23,586 bases of DNA from IMG/VR virus record IMGVR_UViG_2778261031_000008. One strand, given 5' to 3'. The position numbers and the translations under genes were made by a program. This DNA is from a virus (taxonomy: Duplodnaviria > Heunggongvirae > Uroviricota > Caudoviricetes). Below, one piece after another: positions 1 through 7,933 of this stretch. A model generated the notes under the pieces. It was not told the DNA's origin. It saw only the letters and a program-made list of their open reading frames with translations, and did no database searches. The first letter of the stretch is position 1, and each line of letters starts with the position of its first letter.

Positions 1-528
1 ATGACTATCAAATCAAATACGCCAGCGCACGACAAGGACTGCTGGCAAACGCCGCTTTGGCTTTTTGATGCACTGGATATTGAGTTTGGATTCTGGCTGG
101 ATTCGGCAGCGAGCGACAAAAATGCTCTGTGCGCTCACTGGTTAACTGAGGCCGACGACGCGCTAAATTCTGAGTGGGTAAGTCACGGTGCAATCTGGAA
201 TAACCCACCGTACAGCAATATCAGGCCGTGGGTGGAAAAAGCCGCTGAGCAGTGCATACAACAGCGACAGACGGTAGTGATGCTTGTGCCAGAGGATATG
301 TCTGTCGGATGGTTCAGCAATGCTCTGGAGAGTGTTGACGAAGTTCGTATTATCACTGATGGACGGATTAATTTTATCGAACCATCGACAGGGCTGGAGA
401 AGAAGGGAAACAGCAAAGGCTCAATGCTGCTGATTTGGCGACCGTTCATCAGTCCTCGACGGATGTTTACTACCGTATCCAAAGCGGCATTGATGGCGAT
501 CGGGCAGGGCGTCAGGAGGGCGGCATGA
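1..528 (+). CDS. Phage DNA N6-adenine methyltransferase (Dam-like); may be complete or 5'-truncated at the window edge
   Basis: 175 aa ORF starting with ATG at position 1; contains the NPPY motif typical of N6-adenine methyltransferases (WNNPPYS); sits in a nin-type region upstream of ninE. Confidence 0.8.
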   Translation: MTIKSNTPAHDKDCWQTPLWLFDALDIEFGFWLDSAASDKNALCAHWLTEADDALNSEWVSHGAIWNNPPYSNIRPWVEKAAEQCIQQRQTVVMLVPEDMSVGWFSNALESVDEVRIITDGRINFIEPSTGLEKKGNSKGSMLLIWRPFISPRRMFTTVSKAALMAIGQGVRRAA

Positions 529-707
529 GACGACAGCGACGAAGCATCACCGACATAATCTGCGAAAACTGCAAATACCTTCCAACGAAACGCTCCAGAA
601 ATAAACCCAAGCCAATCCCAAAAGAATCTGACGTAAAAACCTTCAATTACACGGCTCACCTGTGGGATATCCGGTGGCTTAGAGAACGTGCGAGGAAAAC
701 AAGGTGA
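525..707 (+). CDS. ninE: NinE protein
   Basis: Translation from the internal ATG at 525 ([23 protein letters not shown]...) is near-identical to lambda NinE as I recall it; ATGA overlap with the stop of the upstream methylase; GGAGG-like RBS at 513-519. The 435 start in the ORF track is an upstream extension. Confidence 0.85.
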   Translation: MRRQRRSITDIICENCKYLPTKRSRNKPKPIPKESDVKTFNYTAHLWDIRWLRERARKTR

Positions 708-874
708 TTGACCCAAATCGAAGTTACGAACAAGAAAGCGTCGAGCGAGCTTTAACGTGCGCTAACTGCGGTCAGAAGCTGCATGCGCTGGAAGTTCACG
801 TGTGTGAGCACTGCTGCGCAGAACTGATGAGCGATCCGAATAGCTCAATGTACGAGGAAGAAGATGATGAGTGA
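704..874 (+). CDS. ninF: NinF protein (small CxxC-containing protein)
   Basis: GTG start overlapping the ninE stop; translation [56 protein letters not shown] matches lambda NinF from memory; below the 60 aa ORF-track cutoff so hand-translated. Confidence 0.7.
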   Translation: MIDPNRSYEQESVERALTCANCGQKLHALEVHVCEHCCAELMSDPNSSMYEEEDDE

Positions 875-1136
875 TTTCTCTGAGCTTATTTCCTTCAAAA
901 AAGACAGAGAAGAAATGCGGACTGAATCTGTCTATTACGTTCAACACCGGAATAAACGCTCGGTGCTTGATCAGGAGTTGGTTATTACCGGAGACCTGGC
1001 ATTCAGAACATATAAGGCCAGCATGGAAATGAAGGATTTCCCTAAATGTGGTTCTGAAAGAGAAGCCGCGTTAAAGCTGGCTGAGTGGATGCAGAGAATG
1101 GCTGCTGCAATTGAGAATTACTGGAGTGAACCATAA
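864..1136 (+). CDS. Hypothetical nin-region protein (90 aa)
   Basis: ORF with tandem ATG start preceded by GAGGAAG; translationally coupled (ATGA-type overlap) to the next gene; family not recognised. Confidence 0.5.
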   Translation: MMSDFSELISFKKDREEMRTESVYYVQHRNKRSVLDQELVITGDLAFRTYKASMEMKDFPKCGSEREAALKLAEWMQRMAAAIENYWSEP

Positions 1137-1426
1137 TGGCTAACCTACGCAAAGAAGCGCGCAACAGAGAATGCCAGGTACGTATTTACGGCGTATGCAA
1201 TGGCAATCCTGAAACTACAGTTCTGGCACATTACCGGATGGCTGGAATTTGCGGAACTGGAATGAAACCTGACGACCTGATCGGTGCATGGGCTTGTAGT
1301 GACTGCCACGCGGAGATCGACCGACGCACAATGATTCTCGACAACAAAGACGCCAGACTTTACCACCTCGAAGGCGTGATCAGGACGCAGGCGGTATTGC
1401 TGAAGGAGGGGAAGATTAAGCCATGA
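1136..1426 (+). CDS. DUF1364 family protein (YbcO-like, prophage nin region)
   Basis: 96 aa; sequence MANLRKEARNRECQVRIYGVCNGNPETTVLAH...CSDCHAEIDRR resembles E. coli DLP12 YbcO; overlaps neighbours by start/stop coupling. Confidence 0.75.
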   Translation: MANLRKEARNRECQVRIYGVCNGNPETTVLAHYRMAGICGTGMKPDDLIGAWACSDCHAEIDRRTMILDNKDARLYHLEGVIRTQAVLLKEGKIKP

Positions 1427-1785
1427 ACGAATATCAGTTTGTGCTTCCATACCCGCCGTCGGTGAATACCTACTGGCGAAGACGGGGAAGCCAATACTAC
1501 ATCAGCGATAAAGGCCAGAAATACCGAAAAGACGTTCAGCAAATCATCCGCCAACTCAAGTTAGACATTTTCACCAAATCACGACTCCGCATCAAAGTCA
1601 TCGCAGACGTTCCAGACTCCCGCCGCCGCGACCTCGATAACATCCTGAAGGGTTTACTCGACTCCCTTATCCACGCCGGATTTGCGGAAGACGACGAGCA
1701 ATTCGATGACATTCGCGTAATTCGTGGTGTGAAAGTACCAGGCGGACGGCTTGGAATAAAAATCACCGAACTGGAGAACGCATGA
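1423..1785 (+). CDS. rusA: Crossover junction endodeoxyribonuclease RusA (Holliday junction resolvase)
   Basis: 120 aa; PYPPSVNTYW...RRRDLDN...D motifs match RusA family; occupies the position of ninG/rap in lambda. Confidence 0.9.
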   Translation: MNEYQFVLPYPPSVNTYWRRRGSQYYISDKGQKYRKDVQQIIRQLKLDIFTKSRLRIKVIADVPDSRRRDLDNILKGLLDSLIHAGFAEDDEQFDDIRVIRGVKVPGGRLGIKITELENA

Positions 1786-1970
1786 ACGCCACAATTCAAA
1801 CGATACCAGAGCTTCTTATCCAGACACGAGGAAATCAGACCGAAGTGGCGAGGATGCTTTCCTGCGCAAGAGGAACAGTGCTCAAGTACAACCGAGACAG
1901 CAAAGGCGAGCGTCACGTAATAGTTAACGGCGTCCTGATGGTCAAACAGGGCAAGAGGGGAAGACGATGA
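1782..1970 (+). CDS. ninH: NinH protein (small HTH-like)
   Basis: 62 aa; IPELLIQTRGNQTEVARMLSCARGTVLKY...HVIVNGVLMV closely parallels lambda NinH. Confidence 0.8.
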   Translation: MNATIQTIPELLIQTRGNQTEVARMLSCARGTVLKYNRDSKGERHVIVNGVLMVKQGKRGRR

Positions 1971-2485
1971 GCATAAGAGAACTAAACCTCACCAAAGAAC
2001 AGCACGATTGGCTGAATGGCTGGCTTGAACTGTGGGGTGCATGGGTTTACTCAGGTCGCCTGGAAAAGCGCATGAGCAGCGTAATAGCGAAGTTCATGGA
2101 GAGCGTAGAGCCGGGAAGAGTTATGACAAGGCCAATGTGTAATGATGATGATGGAATGTTGATTTCTCAGGTCGTCGATTCCGTCATGTACATTGACAAG
2201 AAAGCCTTTGGCATCCTCCTCAGCTACTACGCTCATGGTTCATCTAAGCGAGCAATTGCATCCTACTATCACGCGACTGCAAAGCCACGCAAGATGTGTG
2301 GGCGTGGTGGTGAGGGATGGAGAAAACCTTCACTGGCAACCTGTAGAAATGAAATTGACGACATCCTGAAAGCGTCGTTATTTGTTTTGTACCAACCAAT
2401 GCAAAATGCTTTCAAAATGCGTAAACGTGTTGAGAAAGTTAAGCATGTTGCCGTTAAAAGCCTTGACATGCAATTAGCCATTTAG
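1967..2485 (+). CDS. Q: Late-gene antitermination protein Q (Q-family)
   Basis: 172 aa; position immediately upstream of the late promoter and lysis genes; WGAW...RPMCNDDDGMLI...LLSYY pattern resembles Q antiterminators of lambdoid phages. Confidence 0.75.
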   Translation: MSIRELNLTKEQHDWLNGWLELWGAWVYSGRLEKRMSSVIAKFMESVEPGRVMTRPMCNDDDGMLISQVVDSVMYIDKKAFGILLSYYAHGSSKRAIASYYHATAKPRKMCGRGGEGWRKPSLATCRNEIDDILKASLFVLYQPMQNAFKMRKRVEKVKHVAVKSLDMQLAI

Positions 2486-2492
2486 CCATAAT
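2463..2492 (+). promoter_or_regulatory. PR'-like late promoter (-35 TTGACA 2463-2468, -10 CATAAT 2487-2492, 18 bp spacer) overlapping the 3' end of Q
   Basis: Consensus -35 hexamer and near-consensus -10 read directly; location equivalent to lambda PR' and its qut site. Confidence 0.5.
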
Positions 2493-2502
2493 TAGAGGGT
2501 AA

Positions 2503-2544
2503 GCTGCCGTTAGTGACTCTTAAGTTGCAACGGTGGCTTTTTTT
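2503..2544 (+). terminator. Intrinsic terminator (tR'-like) about 40 nt downstream of the late promoter
   Basis: Stem 2503-2511 pairs with 2529-2537 (GC-rich, two G-U pairs), followed by a 7-T run at 2538-2544. Confidence 0.55.
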
Positions 2545-2548
2545 ATTT

Positions 2549-2623
2549 GGGTCAGTCGTATAAAGGTCATTACGGAAGGCTGTTAACCTTCTTATCGTGG
2601 TTCGAGTCCACGCTGTCCCGCCA
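2549..2623 (+). tRNA. tRNA-like gene, anticodon GUU (Asn) by hand fold; possibly degenerate
   Basis: 75 nt; anticodon stem GAAGG/CCTTC with loop CTGTTAA; T-arm CGTGG-TTCGAGT-CCACG; 3' CCA encoded; acceptor stem has one T-T mismatch and the D-arm is atypical. Confidence 0.45.
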
Positions 2624-2628
2624 AATAT

Positions 2629-2704
2629 GCTGGTTTAGCTCCAATGGTAGAGCGGTCGCCTTGTAAGCGAATGGGTAGCGGTTCAAGTCCGTTAACCAGC
2701 ACCA
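2629..2704 (+). tRNA. tRNA-Thr (anticodon UGU) by hand fold
   Basis: 76 nt; perfect 7 bp acceptor stem GCTGGTT/AACCAGC; D-arm TAGCTCCAATGGTAGAGC; anticodon loop CTTGTAA; T-arm AGCGG-TTCAAGT-CCGTT; discriminator A plus CCA. Confidence 0.7.
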
Positions 2705-2946
2705 TAACTGAGCCGTAGCCACTGGCTATCCTGAATTCATCAGTGATAGTTACGCTGCGGCATTCTACGCATGACCTTCGTGAAAGCGGGTGGCATGAGG
2801 TTGCCCTAACAACCTCCTGCCGTTTTGCCCGTGCATATCGGTCACGAACAAATCTGATTACTAAACACAGTAGCCTGGATTTGTTCTATCAGTAACCGAC
2901 CTTATTCCTAATTAAATAGAGCAAATCCCCTTATTGGGGGTAAGAC

Positions 2947-3270
2947 ATGAAGATGCCAGAAAAAAATGACCTGTTAGCCGCCATTCTCGCGGCAAAGGAA
3001 CAAGGCATCGGGGCAATCCTTGCGTTTGCAATGGCGTACCTTCGCGGCAGATATAATGGCGGTGCGTTTACAAAAACAGTAATCGACGCAACGATGTGCG
3101 CCATTATCGCCTGGTTCATTCGTGATCTTCTCGACCTCGCCGGACTAAGTAGCAATCTCGCTTATATAACGAGCGTGTTCATCGGCTACATCGGTACTGA
3201 CTCGATTGGTTCGCTTATCAAACGCTTCGCTGCTAAAAAAGCCGGAGTAGAAGATGGTGGGAATCAATAA
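2947..3270 (+). CDS. S: Holin S (lambda S107/S105 dual-start holin/antiholin)
   Basis: 107 aa, near-identical to lambda S ([53 protein letters not shown]...); Met1-Lys2-Met3 dual start with upstream CCCCTTATTGGGGG hairpin. Confidence 0.95.
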   Translation: MKMPEKNDLLAAILAAKEQGIGAILAFAMAYLRGRYNGGAFTKTVIDATMCAIIAWFIRDLLDLAGLSSNLAYITSVFIGYIGTDSIGSLIKRFAAKKAGVEDGGNQ

Positions 3271-3730
3271 TCAACGTAAGGCGTTCCTCGATATGCTGGC
3301 GTGGTCAGAGGGAACTGATAACGGACGGCAGAAAACCAGAAATCATGGTTATGACGTCATTGTAGGGGGAGAGCTATTTACTGATTACTCCGATCACCCT
3401 CGCAAACTTGTCACGCTAAACCCAAAACTCAAATCAACAGCTGCCGGACGTTATCAGCTTCTTTCACGCTGGTGGGATGCTTACCGTAAGCAGCTTGCTC
3501 TGAAAGACTTCTCTCCGAAAAGCCAGGATGCTGTGGCATTGCAGCAGATTAAGGAGCGTGGCGCTTTACCGATGATTGATCGCGGTGATATTCGTCAGGC
3601 AATTGACCGTTGCAGCAATATCTGGGCTTCACTGCCGGGCGCTGGTTATGGTCAGTTCGAGCATAAGGCTGACAGCCTGATTGCAAAATTCAAAGAAGCA
3701 GGCGGAACGGTCAGAGAGATTGAGGTATGA
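3254..3730 (+). CDS. R: Endolysin R (lytic transglycosylase)
   Basis: 158 aa, near-identical to lambda R ([50 protein letters not shown]...). Confidence 0.95.
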   Translation: MVGINNQRKAFLDMLAWSEGTDNGRQKTRNHGYDVIVGGELFTDYSDHPRKLVTLNPKLKSTAAGRYQLLSRWWDAYRKQLALKDFSPKSQDAVALQQIKERGALPMIDRGDIRQAIDRCSNIWASLPGAGYGQFEHKADSLIAKFKEAGGTVREIEV

Positions 3731-4188
3731 GCAGAGTAACCGCGATTATTTCCGCTCTGGTTATCTGCATTATCGTTTGCTTGTCATGGGCTGTTAATCA
3801 TTACCGCGATAACGCCATTACCTACAAAGCCCAGCGCGACAAAAATGCCAGAGAACTGAAGCTGGCGAACTCGACAATTACTGACATGCAGATGCGTCAG
3901 CGTGATGTTGCTGCGCTCGATGCAAAATACACGAAGGAGTTAGCTGATGCGAAAGCTGAAAATGATGTTCTGCGTGATGATGTTGCCGCTGGTCGTCGTC
4001 GGTTGCACATCAAAGCAGTCTGTCAGTCAGTGCGTGAAGCCACCACCGCCTCCGGCGTGGATAATGCAGCCTCCCCCCGACTGGCAGACACCGCTGAACG
4101 GGATTATTTCACCCTCAGAGAGAGGCTGATCACTATGCAAAAACAACTGGAAGGAACCCAGAAGTATATTAATGAGCAGTGCAGATAG
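3727..4188 (+). CDS. Rz: Spanin Rz (inner-membrane i-spanin)
   Basis: 153 aa, near-identical to lambda Rz; N-terminal transmembrane segment. Confidence 0.95.
   Translation: MSRVTAIISALVICIIVCLSWAVNHYRDNAITYKAQRDKNARELKLANSTITDMQMRQRDVAALDAKYTKELADAKAENDVLRDDVAAGRRRLHIKAVCQSVREATTASGVDNAASPRLADTAERDYFTLRERLITMQKQLEGTQKYINEQCR
3947..4129 (+). CDS. Rz1: Spanin Rz1 (outer-membrane lipoprotein o-spanin), fully embedded in Rz in the +1 frame
   Basis: 60 aa; lipobox LVVVGC, proline-rich (PPPPP); matches lambda Rz1. Confidence 0.9.
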   Translation: MRKLKMMFCVMMLPLVVVGCTSKQSVSQCVKPPPPPAWIMQPPPDWQTPLNGIISPSERG

Positions 4189-4219
4189 CGCTGCCCATAT
4201 CGATGGGCAACTCATGCAA

Positions 4220-4513
4220 TTATTGTGAGCAATACACCCGCGCTTCCAGCGGAGTATAAATGCCTAAAGTAATAAAACCGAGCAATCCATTTACGAATGT
4301 TTGCTGGGTTTCTGTTTTAACCACATTTTCTGCGCCGCCACAAATTTTGGCTGCATCAACAGTTTTCTCCTGTCCAATTCCCGAAACGAAGAAATGATGG
4401 GTGATGGTTTCCTTTGGTGTTACTGCTGTCGGTTTGTTTCCAACAGTAAACGTCTGTTGAGCACATCCTGTAATAAGCATTGCCAGAGCGGCAGAAAACA
4501 ACATTTTTTTCAT
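4220..4513 (-). CDS. bor: Bor lipoprotein (lysogenic-conversion serum-resistance protein)
   Basis: Start taken at the internal MKKM (ATG 4513) with an AGGAT RBS; 97 aa near-identical to lambda Bor (lipobox LITGC); the ORF-track 113 aa version is an upstream extension. Confidence 0.9.
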   Translation of the reverse strand: MKKMLFSAALAMLITGCAQQTFTVGNKPTAVTPKETITHHFFVSGIGQEKTVDAAKICGGAENVVKTETQQTFVNGLLGFITLGIYTPLEARVYCSQ

Positions 4514-4696
4514 CTTATTATCCTGCATTGTTAAAAACGGCAGAATCCTATGTGACAACAATTAAACGATAGTTAAATGGATTGATGAAAATTAAAACTA
4601 TATAGGTGTACGGTCAGACTATTGGAGGTAGTCAGGATTTGAATGTCAGTCTGTTGTCGGCATTCTGGCAATGCAATTTGGATAAAGCGGGGATTA

Positions 4697-4816
4697 AAAA
4701 GATAGAGGCGAGCCGGTCAGGTAGAAATGAATCAGGCTCAAAGTGAAGCGGAAAAGGTCTGTGGTACAAGCTGATGCAGCCATAATTACAGCCTGATGAT
4801 TTGTGGAATGAAACAT
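4697..4816 (-). CDS. Candidate small ORF (39 aa), hypothetical
   Basis: ATG at 4816 preceded by a consensus AAGGAGG Shine-Dalgarno at optimal spacing; translation MFHSTNHQAVIMAASACTTDLFRFTLSLIHFYLTGSPLSF; no recognisable family; below the ORF-track cutoff. Confidence 0.25.
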
Positions 4817-4896
4817 GTTGAACCTCCTTAATTGATGTTATTCGAGTGATGAAGGCATTCTGTCCTTCTATAGTGTCCAGTAAATCAAACAGGAAA

Positions 4897-4918
4897 CTTG
4901 TCCAACGTGTTGGACAAG
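4897..4918. repeat. Perfect 22 bp palindrome CTTGTCCAAC-GT-GTTGGACAAG, candidate protein-binding site
   Basis: 10 bp arms are exact reverse complements with a 2 bp spacer; read directly from the sequence. Confidence 0.6.
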
Positions 4919-5038
4919 CCTCTCCATTAGTGAGTTGTATTGATCACAACTCTACAAAGAATTCATTACTGGGTAGATGAAAATAGTTTCACGATGAATG
5001 GAGGAGGCTATGTCGGTGGCTTCTTCATTGGAGTACAT

Positions 5039-5389
5039 ATGCCATCACGAATCCCAAAAGCCTGCCGTGTTCGTGGCTGCCGCCATACCACCACAGACCC
5101 GTCAGGCTATTGTGAAAGCCACAAAAGCGAAGGCTGGAAGCAATACAAACCAGGCCTGTCACGTCATCAGCGCGGTTACGGTTCGAAGTGGGATACCATC
5201 CGTGAACGTGTGCTGAAGCGTGACAAAGGACTGTGTCAGTTATGTCTGCGTGCCGGTGTGGTGCGTGAGGCGAAAACCGTTGACCACATTATCCCTAAGG
5301 CGCATGGCGGCACTGACGCTGACAGTAATCTGCAGAGCCTGTGCTGGCCATGTCATAAGGCGAAGACGGCCCGTGAACGGCTAAAGTGA
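5039..5389 (+). CDS. HNH endonuclease (terminase-associated, HK97-type packaging accessory)
   Basis: Cys pairs CRVRGC and CQLC, DHIIPKAHGG, NLQSLCWPCH HNH motif; start chosen at ATG 5039 with GGAG RBS 5 nt upstream (ORF-track start 4940 is a TTG; ATG 4994 is an alternative). Confidence 0.8.
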   Translation: MPSRIPKACRVRGCRHTTTDPSGYCESHKSEGWKQYKPGLSRHQRGYGSKWDTIRERVLKRDKGLCQLCLRAGVVREAKTVDHIIPKAHGGTDADSNLQSLCWPCHKAKTARERLK

Positions 5390-5415
5390 TAATAATTCTC
5401 AACTGCATGAGGGGA

Positions 5416-5475
5416 GGGGCGGGTCAAATCCCTGCAGCCTGACGTCTTCCGGACTGCCCGCCCCATCGTTTTTTT
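5416..5475 (+). terminator. GC-rich inverted repeat (GGGGCGGG ... CCCGCCCC) followed by a 7-T run; terminator-like or part of a packaging (cos) region
   Basis: 8 bp GC arms at 5416-5423 and 5457-5464 with a large loop, then TTTTTTT at 5469-5475; lies between the HNH and small terminase genes. Confidence 0.4.
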
Positions 5476-5514
5476 ATACCCGCGAAAAATGAAATTTAAC
5501 CTGGAGTGCCGCAT

Positions 5515-6009
5515 ATGGCTGGAACGGCGGGGCGTTCCGGGCGTCGCCCCAAGCCAACGGCGCGCAAGGCGCTGGCCGGAAACCCCGGCAAGCGAGCCCT
5601 GAATAAAGATGAACCTGTTTTTACGCCCATCAAAGGTGTTGAGCCACCGGAGTGGTTCGCTGAAGAAGATCTCCCTCTCGCCACGATCATGTGGCAACTG
5701 ACAACCAAAGAACTCTGCGGTCAGGGCCTGCTGTGCGTGACTGACCTGGCGGTACTTGAGCGGTGGTGTGTGGCCTATGAGTTCTGGCGACGTGCCGTGA
5801 AAAATATTGCCAGACAGGGTAACACCATCACCGGTGCAATGGGTGGCATGGTCAAAAATCCGGAGCTGACCGCCAAAAAAGAACAGGAGTCCGAGATGAG
5901 CAGCACGGGGGCAATGCTCGGACTCGACCCCAGCAGCCGCCAGCGTCTGATTGGCCTGGCGGGGAAGAAGAAAGCCACTAACCCGTTTCTGAAAATCATC
6001 GAATCATGA
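5515..6009 (+). CDS. Terminase small subunit (P27 family)
   Basis: N-terminus [30 protein letters not shown] typical of P27-family TerS; ATG 5515 with GGAG RBS (ORF-track start 5506 is a GTG); ATGA coupling to the large subunit. Confidence 0.85.
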   Translation: MAGTAGRSGRRPKPTARKALAGNPGKRALNKDEPVFTPIKGVEPPEWFAEEDLPLATIMWQLTTKELCGQGLLCVTDLAVLERWCVAYEFWRRAVKNIARQGNTITGAMGGMVKNPELTAKKEQESEMSSTGAMLGLDPSSRQRLIGLAGKKKATNPFLKIIES

Positions 6010-7739
6010 GCCGGAAATCTTACCCCAACGTAAATGCTGCCAATCAGTATGCCCGTGATGTCGTGCGGGGAAAGATTGTGGCCTGCCAGTTTGTGATTCA
6101 GGCCTGCCAGCGCCATCTTGATGACCTGATGGCGGAAAAAAGTAAGTCGTTTCGTTACCGCTTCGACAAGGACCTGGCTGAACGGGCCGCCAAATTTATT
6201 CAGCTGTTGCCGCACACCAAGGGTGAGTGGGCATTTAAGAGGATGCCCATCACGCTGGAGCCGTGGCAGCTCTTTGTGATCTGCTGCGCGTTTGGCTGGG
6301 TCAATAAAGGCTCCCGGCTGCGCCGCTTCCGTGAGGTGTATACCGAAATCCCCCGTAAGAACGGCAAATCGGCAATCTCTGCCGGTGTCGCCCTGTATTG
6401 TTTTGCCTGTGATAACGAGTTTGGCGCGGAAGTGTATTCCGGTGCCACGACAGAGAAACAGGCGTGGGAAGTCTTTCGCCCGGCGCGACTGATGTGTAAA
6501 CGCACACCCATGCTGACGGAAGCGTTCGGGATTGAGGTTAACGCCTCAAACATGAACCGTCCGGAGGATGGCGCGCGGTTTGAACCGCTGATCGGTAACC
6601 CCGGTGATGGATCATCACCCCACTGTGCGGTGGTGGATGAATATCACGAGCACGCCACCGATGCGCTTTACACCACGATGCTTACCGGGATGGGGGCGCG
6701 ACGTCAGCCACTGATGTGGGCCATTACTACTGCCGGGTACAACATTGAGGGGCCGTGCTACGACAAACGGCGGGAAGTTATCGAGATGCTCAACGGTTCG
6801 GTACCCAACGATGAACTGTTCGGGATCATCTATACCGTTGATGAAGGCGATGACTGGACCGACCCGCAGGTGCTGGAAAAAGCTAACCCGAATATTGGCG
6901 TGTCGGTTTATCGCGAATTTTTGTTAAGTCAGCAGCAGCGTGCGAAAAATAACGCCCGTCTGGCAAACGTCTTTAAAACAAAACACCTCAATATCTGGGT
7001 GTCGGCACGTTCGGCGTATTTCAACCTGGTGAGCTGGCAGAGCTGCGAGGATAAATCACTGACCCTTGAGCAGTTCGAGGGGCAGCCGTGCATTCTGGCC
7101 TTTGACCTGGCGCGTAAGCTGGATATGAACAGCATGGCGCGACTTTATACCCGCGAGATTGACGGTAAAACGCATTACTACAGTGTGGCCCCGCGTTTCT
7201 GGGTACCGTATGACACGGTGTACAGCGTCGAGAAAAATGAAGATCGACGGACAGCCGAACGCTTTCAGAAATGGGTGGAAATGGGCGTTCTGACCGTTAC
7301 CGATGGTGCGGAGGTGGATTATCGCTACATCCTCGAGGAGGCCAAAGCGGCGAACAAAATCAGCCCGGTCAGTGAGTCACCCATCGACCCCTTCGGGGCG
7401 ACCGGGTTGTCACATGACCTTGCTGATGAAGACCTGAACCCCATCACTATCATTCAGAACTACACCAACATGTCCGACCCGATGAAAGAGCTGGAAGCGG
7501 CAATTGAATCGGGGCGCTTTCATCATGATGGCAATCCCATCATGACCTGGTGTATCGGCAACGTGGTCGGCAAAACCATTCCGGGTAACGATGATGTGGT
7601 GAAACCCGTCAAAGAGCAGGCGGAAAACAAAATCGATGGTGCAGTTGCGCTGATTATGGCGGTTGGCAGAGCCATGCTGTACGAGAAAGAAGATACGTTG
7701 TCTGACCACATTGAGTCCTATGGGATCCGCTCGCTTTAA
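6006..7739 (+). CDS. Terminase large subunit
   Basis: 577 aa; Walker A-like PRKNGKSA; immediately downstream of TerS and upstream of portal. Confidence 0.9.
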   Translation: MSRKSYPNVNAANQYARDVVRGKIVACQFVIQACQRHLDDLMAEKSKSFRYRFDKDLAERAAKFIQLLPHTKGEWAFKRMPITLEPWQLFVICCAFGWVNKGSRLRRFREVYTEIPRKNGKSAISAGVALYCFACDNEFGAEVYSGATTEKQAWEVFRPARLMCKRTPMLTEAFGIEVNASNMNRPEDGARFEPLIGNPGDGSSPHCAVVDEYHEHATDALYTTMLTGMGARRQPLMWAITTAGYNIEGPCYDKRREVIEMLNGSVPNDELFGIIYTVDEGDDWTDPQVLEKANPNIGVSVYREFLLSQQQRAKNNARLANVFKTKHLNIWVSARSAYFNLVSWQSCEDKSLTLEQFEGQPCILAFDLARKLDMNSMARLYTREIDGKTHYYSVAPRFWVPYDTVYSVEKNEDRRTAERFQKWVEMGVLTVTDGAEVDYRYILEEAKAANKISPVSESPIDPFGATGLSHDLADEDLNPITIIQNYTNMSDPMKELEAAIESGRFHHDGNPIMTWCIGNVVGKTIPGNDDVVKPVKEQAENKIDGAVALIMAVGRAMLYEKEDTLSDHIESYGIRSL

Positions 7740-7750
7740 CTGAGGTAATT

Positions 7751-7933
7751 ATGATCATGCTGATTCTCGCGCCTCTGGTGGGCGTGCTGGGGGCGCTTTT
7801 GCTGGCGTATGGTGCCTGGCTGATTTATCCCCCGGCGGGGTTTGTTGTTGCCGGGGCGTTGTGCCTGTTCTGGTCGTGGCTGGTGGCGCGATATCTCGAC
7901 CGTACACAGATGTCTGTTGGTGGAGGTAAATAG
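7751..7933 (+). CDS. Small hydrophobic protein (60 aa, two predicted transmembrane helices), hypothetical
   Basis: ORF between terminase and portal; sequence strongly hydrophobic ([26 protein letters not shown]...). Confidence 0.45.
   Translation: MIMLILAPLVGVLGALLLAYGAWLIYPPAGFVVAGALCLFWSWLVARYLDRTQMSVGGGK

Noticed and set aside
435-707. 90 aa ORF-track call overlapping the methyltransferase
   Set aside because: Only the C-terminal 60 aa match NinE; the true start is the ATG at 525 with its own RBS. The upstream extension is a read-through artefact of the ORF finder.
4220-4561. Longer 113 aa version of bor
   Set aside because: The first 16 codons have no homology support and precede the conserved lipoprotein signal peptide; the internal ATG at 4513 has a better RBS.
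4860-4885. Possible LexA box (CTGT-N8-...) near 4862-4880
   Set aside because: The right half-site reads AGTG rather than ACAG, so it does not fit the CTGT-N8-ACAG consensus.
4998-5216. 72 aa + strand ORF overlapping the HNH gene in another frame
   Set aside because: The HNH frame has clear catalytic motifs; the alternative frame has no recognisable features and is probably spurious.
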